A stretch of DNA of 7,655 bases from Promethearchaeota archaeon (lineage in GTDB: Archaea; Asgardarchaeota; Lokiarchaeia; Sigyniarchaeales; Promethearchaeaceae): contig JAFGBS010000006.1 in the NCBI GenBank assembly GCA_016933055.1, positions 1-7,655 on the forward strand, written 5' to 3'. Both the position numbers and the translations under genes were made by a program. Numbering within the stretch: position 1 is the first letter of the stretch; each line of letters begins with the position of its first letter. Below are positions 6,134 to 7,655 of the stretch, in pieces. The notes below the pieces were generated by a model. That model searched no databases and was not told where the DNA came from. It worked only from the letters and a program-made list of their open reading frames with translations.

Positions 6134-7390
6134 CTATGAAGTTGATTTTAATTGAACTGAACTTTGTGGAAAAAATTGCCTAATGGAATCAGCATGTTCC
6201 TCATCAGGAATTCTAATGTACTTATAGAATTCCCGTTGGGTCTTATGACCAGTAACATACATTATTGATTCAATGGGAATCCCCCTTCGGTACAAGTTAG
6301 TGGCAAAGCTACGTCGTGCAGTGTGTGTAGATATCCGCAAGTATTTGGAGGCACCACCTCCAATGCTTTTCAATTTTGAATTTTTTATCATCATTTTGCC
6401 CAATTCTTTAAGTGATCTGTTCATGGATTGGTTGGTTATAGACGGCAGTTCCTCTTCAGAGTATTTCTCCAGAATACGCTCTAACTGCGGAAGCACGGGA
6501 ATAAGTACTTTTTTACCTGTCTTCTGAGTGTCAATAATAAGCTTTCTTTCTTGTATGTTCGCTTGACTTATTTTGGACCAATCCGAAAACCGAACCCCGG
6601 TCCAACATCCAGCCAGGAAAAGATCACGTGCACGATCCAATCCGGGATTCTTTTCGAGATTCAAGTTTTCAAGAAGTTGTAGGTCGTCCTCATCAAGGTA
6701 GATTGTTTTAACCTCTTGTTCGAGTATTTTAAATTTGGGATGTGTAAAAGACATGTTATTGTGCATACCGTCTGCGCTTGCCGTTTTCATAACGTGTTTG
6801 ATAAGCTTAACGTGCTTACCCATTGTATTATACTTATAACCTTTGGTATTCTGCATGTAATCAAGAAGATCGTGATAGAATCCCAGATCAACAGTATCAA
6901 ATGACAATTTCGTCCCCTTATCCTTTTCGAATTCCATAAGTAATTCTTTCGTTCGTTGCAAACCCCTTGGAAAGGAACCGGAATGAATTTTGCGACCTAT
7001 CGCAGCAAGCCGGATTTCTTCCTCCTTTATACGCTTGTCGAAATACTGGAAAAGGCTTAGTCGTTCACTCCCCTTTTCAAGCCCCATTACAATTCGCACT
7101 CGTCTTGATAGCGACCTTGGATCTGGGTATTGCCCATTATTCTCCTTGCGAAGAGCATCCATGGCTATTTTTGCATTAGTAATGGCATTATCTAATCGAT
7201 CATTAAATTCCGGGTGTTCTGGGAATTTCTTGGTTTGCTTTGCCCGCATATTACTGCTGTTCCAGAAACAAGGGTTGATCTTCTCCCCTATATAGACCTT
7301 TGAAATCTTGTTGTTGTAATGGATGTGTAGCCTGATCTGGGTTTCCTTATCAGCGTTTTTTTCCTTTAGGTAGAATTTGTAGTCAGCCAT
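6134..7390 (-). CDS. int: Site-specific tyrosine integrase (Bacteroidota type: arm-binding N-domain, SAM-like core-binding domain, catalytic domain)
   Basis: 418 aa. Full catalytic set R267 (TGVRFSD), K290, H356-x-x-R359 (HTARRSFAT), H382 (TGH) and Y391. N-terminal beta-rich arm-binding-type region (KFYLKE...IRLHIHY...IGEKINPCFWN). Confidence 0.97.
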   Translation of the reverse strand: MADYKFYLKEKNADKETQIRLHIHYNNKISKVYIGEKINPCFWNSSNMRAKQTKKFPEHPEFNDRLDNAITNAKIAMDALRKENNGQYPDPRSLSRRVRIVMGLEKGSERLSLFQYFDKRIKEEEIRLAAIGRKIHSGSFPRGLQRTKELLMEFEKDKGTKLSFDTVDLGFYHDLLDYMQNTKGYKYNTMGKHVKLIKHVMKTASADGMHNNMSFTHPKFKILEQEVKTIYLDEDDLQLLENLNLEKNPGLDRARDLFLAGCWTGVRFSDWSKISQANIQERKLIIDTQKTGKKVLIPVLPQLERILEKYSEEELPSITNQSMNRSLKELGKMMIKNSKLKSIGGGASKYLRISTHTARRSFATNLYRRGIPIESIMYVTGHKTQREFYKYIRIPDEEHADSIRQFFPQSSVQLKSTS

Positions 7391-7412
7391 ATTAGTAGGA
7401 TTGTTTCAGAGC

Positions 7413-7420
7413 TAAAGATA
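7413..7420 (-). promoter_or_regulatory. Probable integrase promoter -7 element
   Basis: Minus-strand TATCTTTA (1 mismatch to TAnnTTTG), 22 nt upstream of the int ATG. No TTG at -33; that position is occupied by the arm-type repeats. Confidence 0.5.
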
Positions 7421-7437
7421 GTGAAAAATTAAATCTG

Positions 7438-7459
7438 GGGGATAGATTAGGGGATAGAT
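7438..7459 (+). repeat. Tandem direct repeat GGGGATAGAT x2, probable integrase arm-type binding sites
   Basis: Perfect 10-mers at 7438-7447 and 7450-7459 (12-bp period), about 110 nt from the att core. A partial GGGATA is at 7530-7535. Confidence 0.65.
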
Positions 7460-7568
7460 ATTTTTAACTATATCTTACTTTTTCAGACTTCAGTTGTTTG
7501 CATTACCTTCTATATTTCCCTTATTTAAAGGGATACAGAATATGATTTCAGAAAATGCAATAACATAT

Positions 7569-7590
7569 GTTCGATTCCCCTACGGACTGC
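7569..7590 (+). other. att core: duplicated 3' end of a tRNA, most likely tRNA-Glu; not a complete tRNA
   Basis: G-TTCGATT-CCCCT-ACGGACT-G-C = G53, T-loop, T-stem 3' strand, acceptor 3' strand and discriminator. Upstream CATAT cannot form the T-stem 5' strand (AGGGG expected). Matches the Bacteroidota tRNA-Glu 3' end (GTTCGATTCCCCTACGG..) as I recall it. Confidence 0.85.
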
Positions 7591-7595
7591 TCTTC

Positions 7596-7629
7596 AACCC
7601 TGCAAATCATTGATTTGTAGGGTTTTTTT
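7596..7629 (+). terminator. Intrinsic terminator-like hairpin after the tRNA 3' end
   Basis: AACCCTGCAAATC-ATT-GATTTGTAGGGTT: 13-bp stem with one G-U pair, running into T7 (7623-7629). Confidence 0.8.
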
Positions 7630-7655
7630 ACGAAGGGTTAGACTATTTCCCGGCA

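Larger units (their letters stand above)
1..7590. mobile_element. tRNA-targeting integrative element (int - orf255 - xis - Rep_trans-like rep, plus probable cargo); right end at the att core, left end outside the window or undetermined
   Basis: Integrase with intact catalytic residues lies next to a tRNA 3'-end duplication (7569-7590), followed by xis and rep in one minus-strand block. The core 3648-7590 is well supported. Including 1-3647 is inferred: no second att copy is seen there and the genes are AT-rich accessory types. Confidence 0.8.

Noticed and set aside
5085-6139. Track ORFs 5085-5366, 5360-5560 and 5867-6139 (+)
   Set aside because: Antisense to xis and orf255; Ser/Ile/Phe-rich composition typical of shadow frames.
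6273-7295. Track ORFs 6273-6527, 6716-6904, 6967-7179 and 6990-7295 (+)
   Set aside because: Antisense shadows of the integrase.
3648-7390. Filamentous or tailed prophage
   Set aside because: No Zot/pI ATPase, coat, terminase or portal genes in the window; cannot be excluded for the unseen left part.
7517-7590. Complete tRNA gene
   Set aside because: No D-arm, anticodon arm or T-stem 5' strand upstream; only the 3' 22 nt are tRNA-like. The small TCCCTT/AAGGGA hairpin at 7517-7533 is not a tRNA arm.

Overview
AT-rich DNA with Bacteroidota hallmarks (TAnnTTTG-type promoters, Bacteroidota-type tyrosine integrase). The right half (3648-7590) is the core of a small integrative element on the minus strand: intact tyrosine integrase -> 255-aa unknown protein -> HTH excisionase -> 418-aa Rep_trans/gpII-like rolling-circle initiator. 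It ends at an att core that is the 3' 22 nt of a tRNA (most likely tRNA-Glu, cut at the T-loop), with arm-type repeats and a terminator hairpin. The left half is probable cargo on the plus strand: a promoter, an unlisted 49-aa ORF, two unrecognised membrane-protein genes and a decayed IS982-family transposase 3' end. Both cargo genes are preceded by a homologous G-rich 33-nt sequence encoding the same peptide C-terminus (VGD(R/K)(W/R)VVWV(K/N)-stop), which suggests modular gene accretion. The left boundary and the intact tRNA are not in the window. Family assignments come from motif reading and recall, not database searches.
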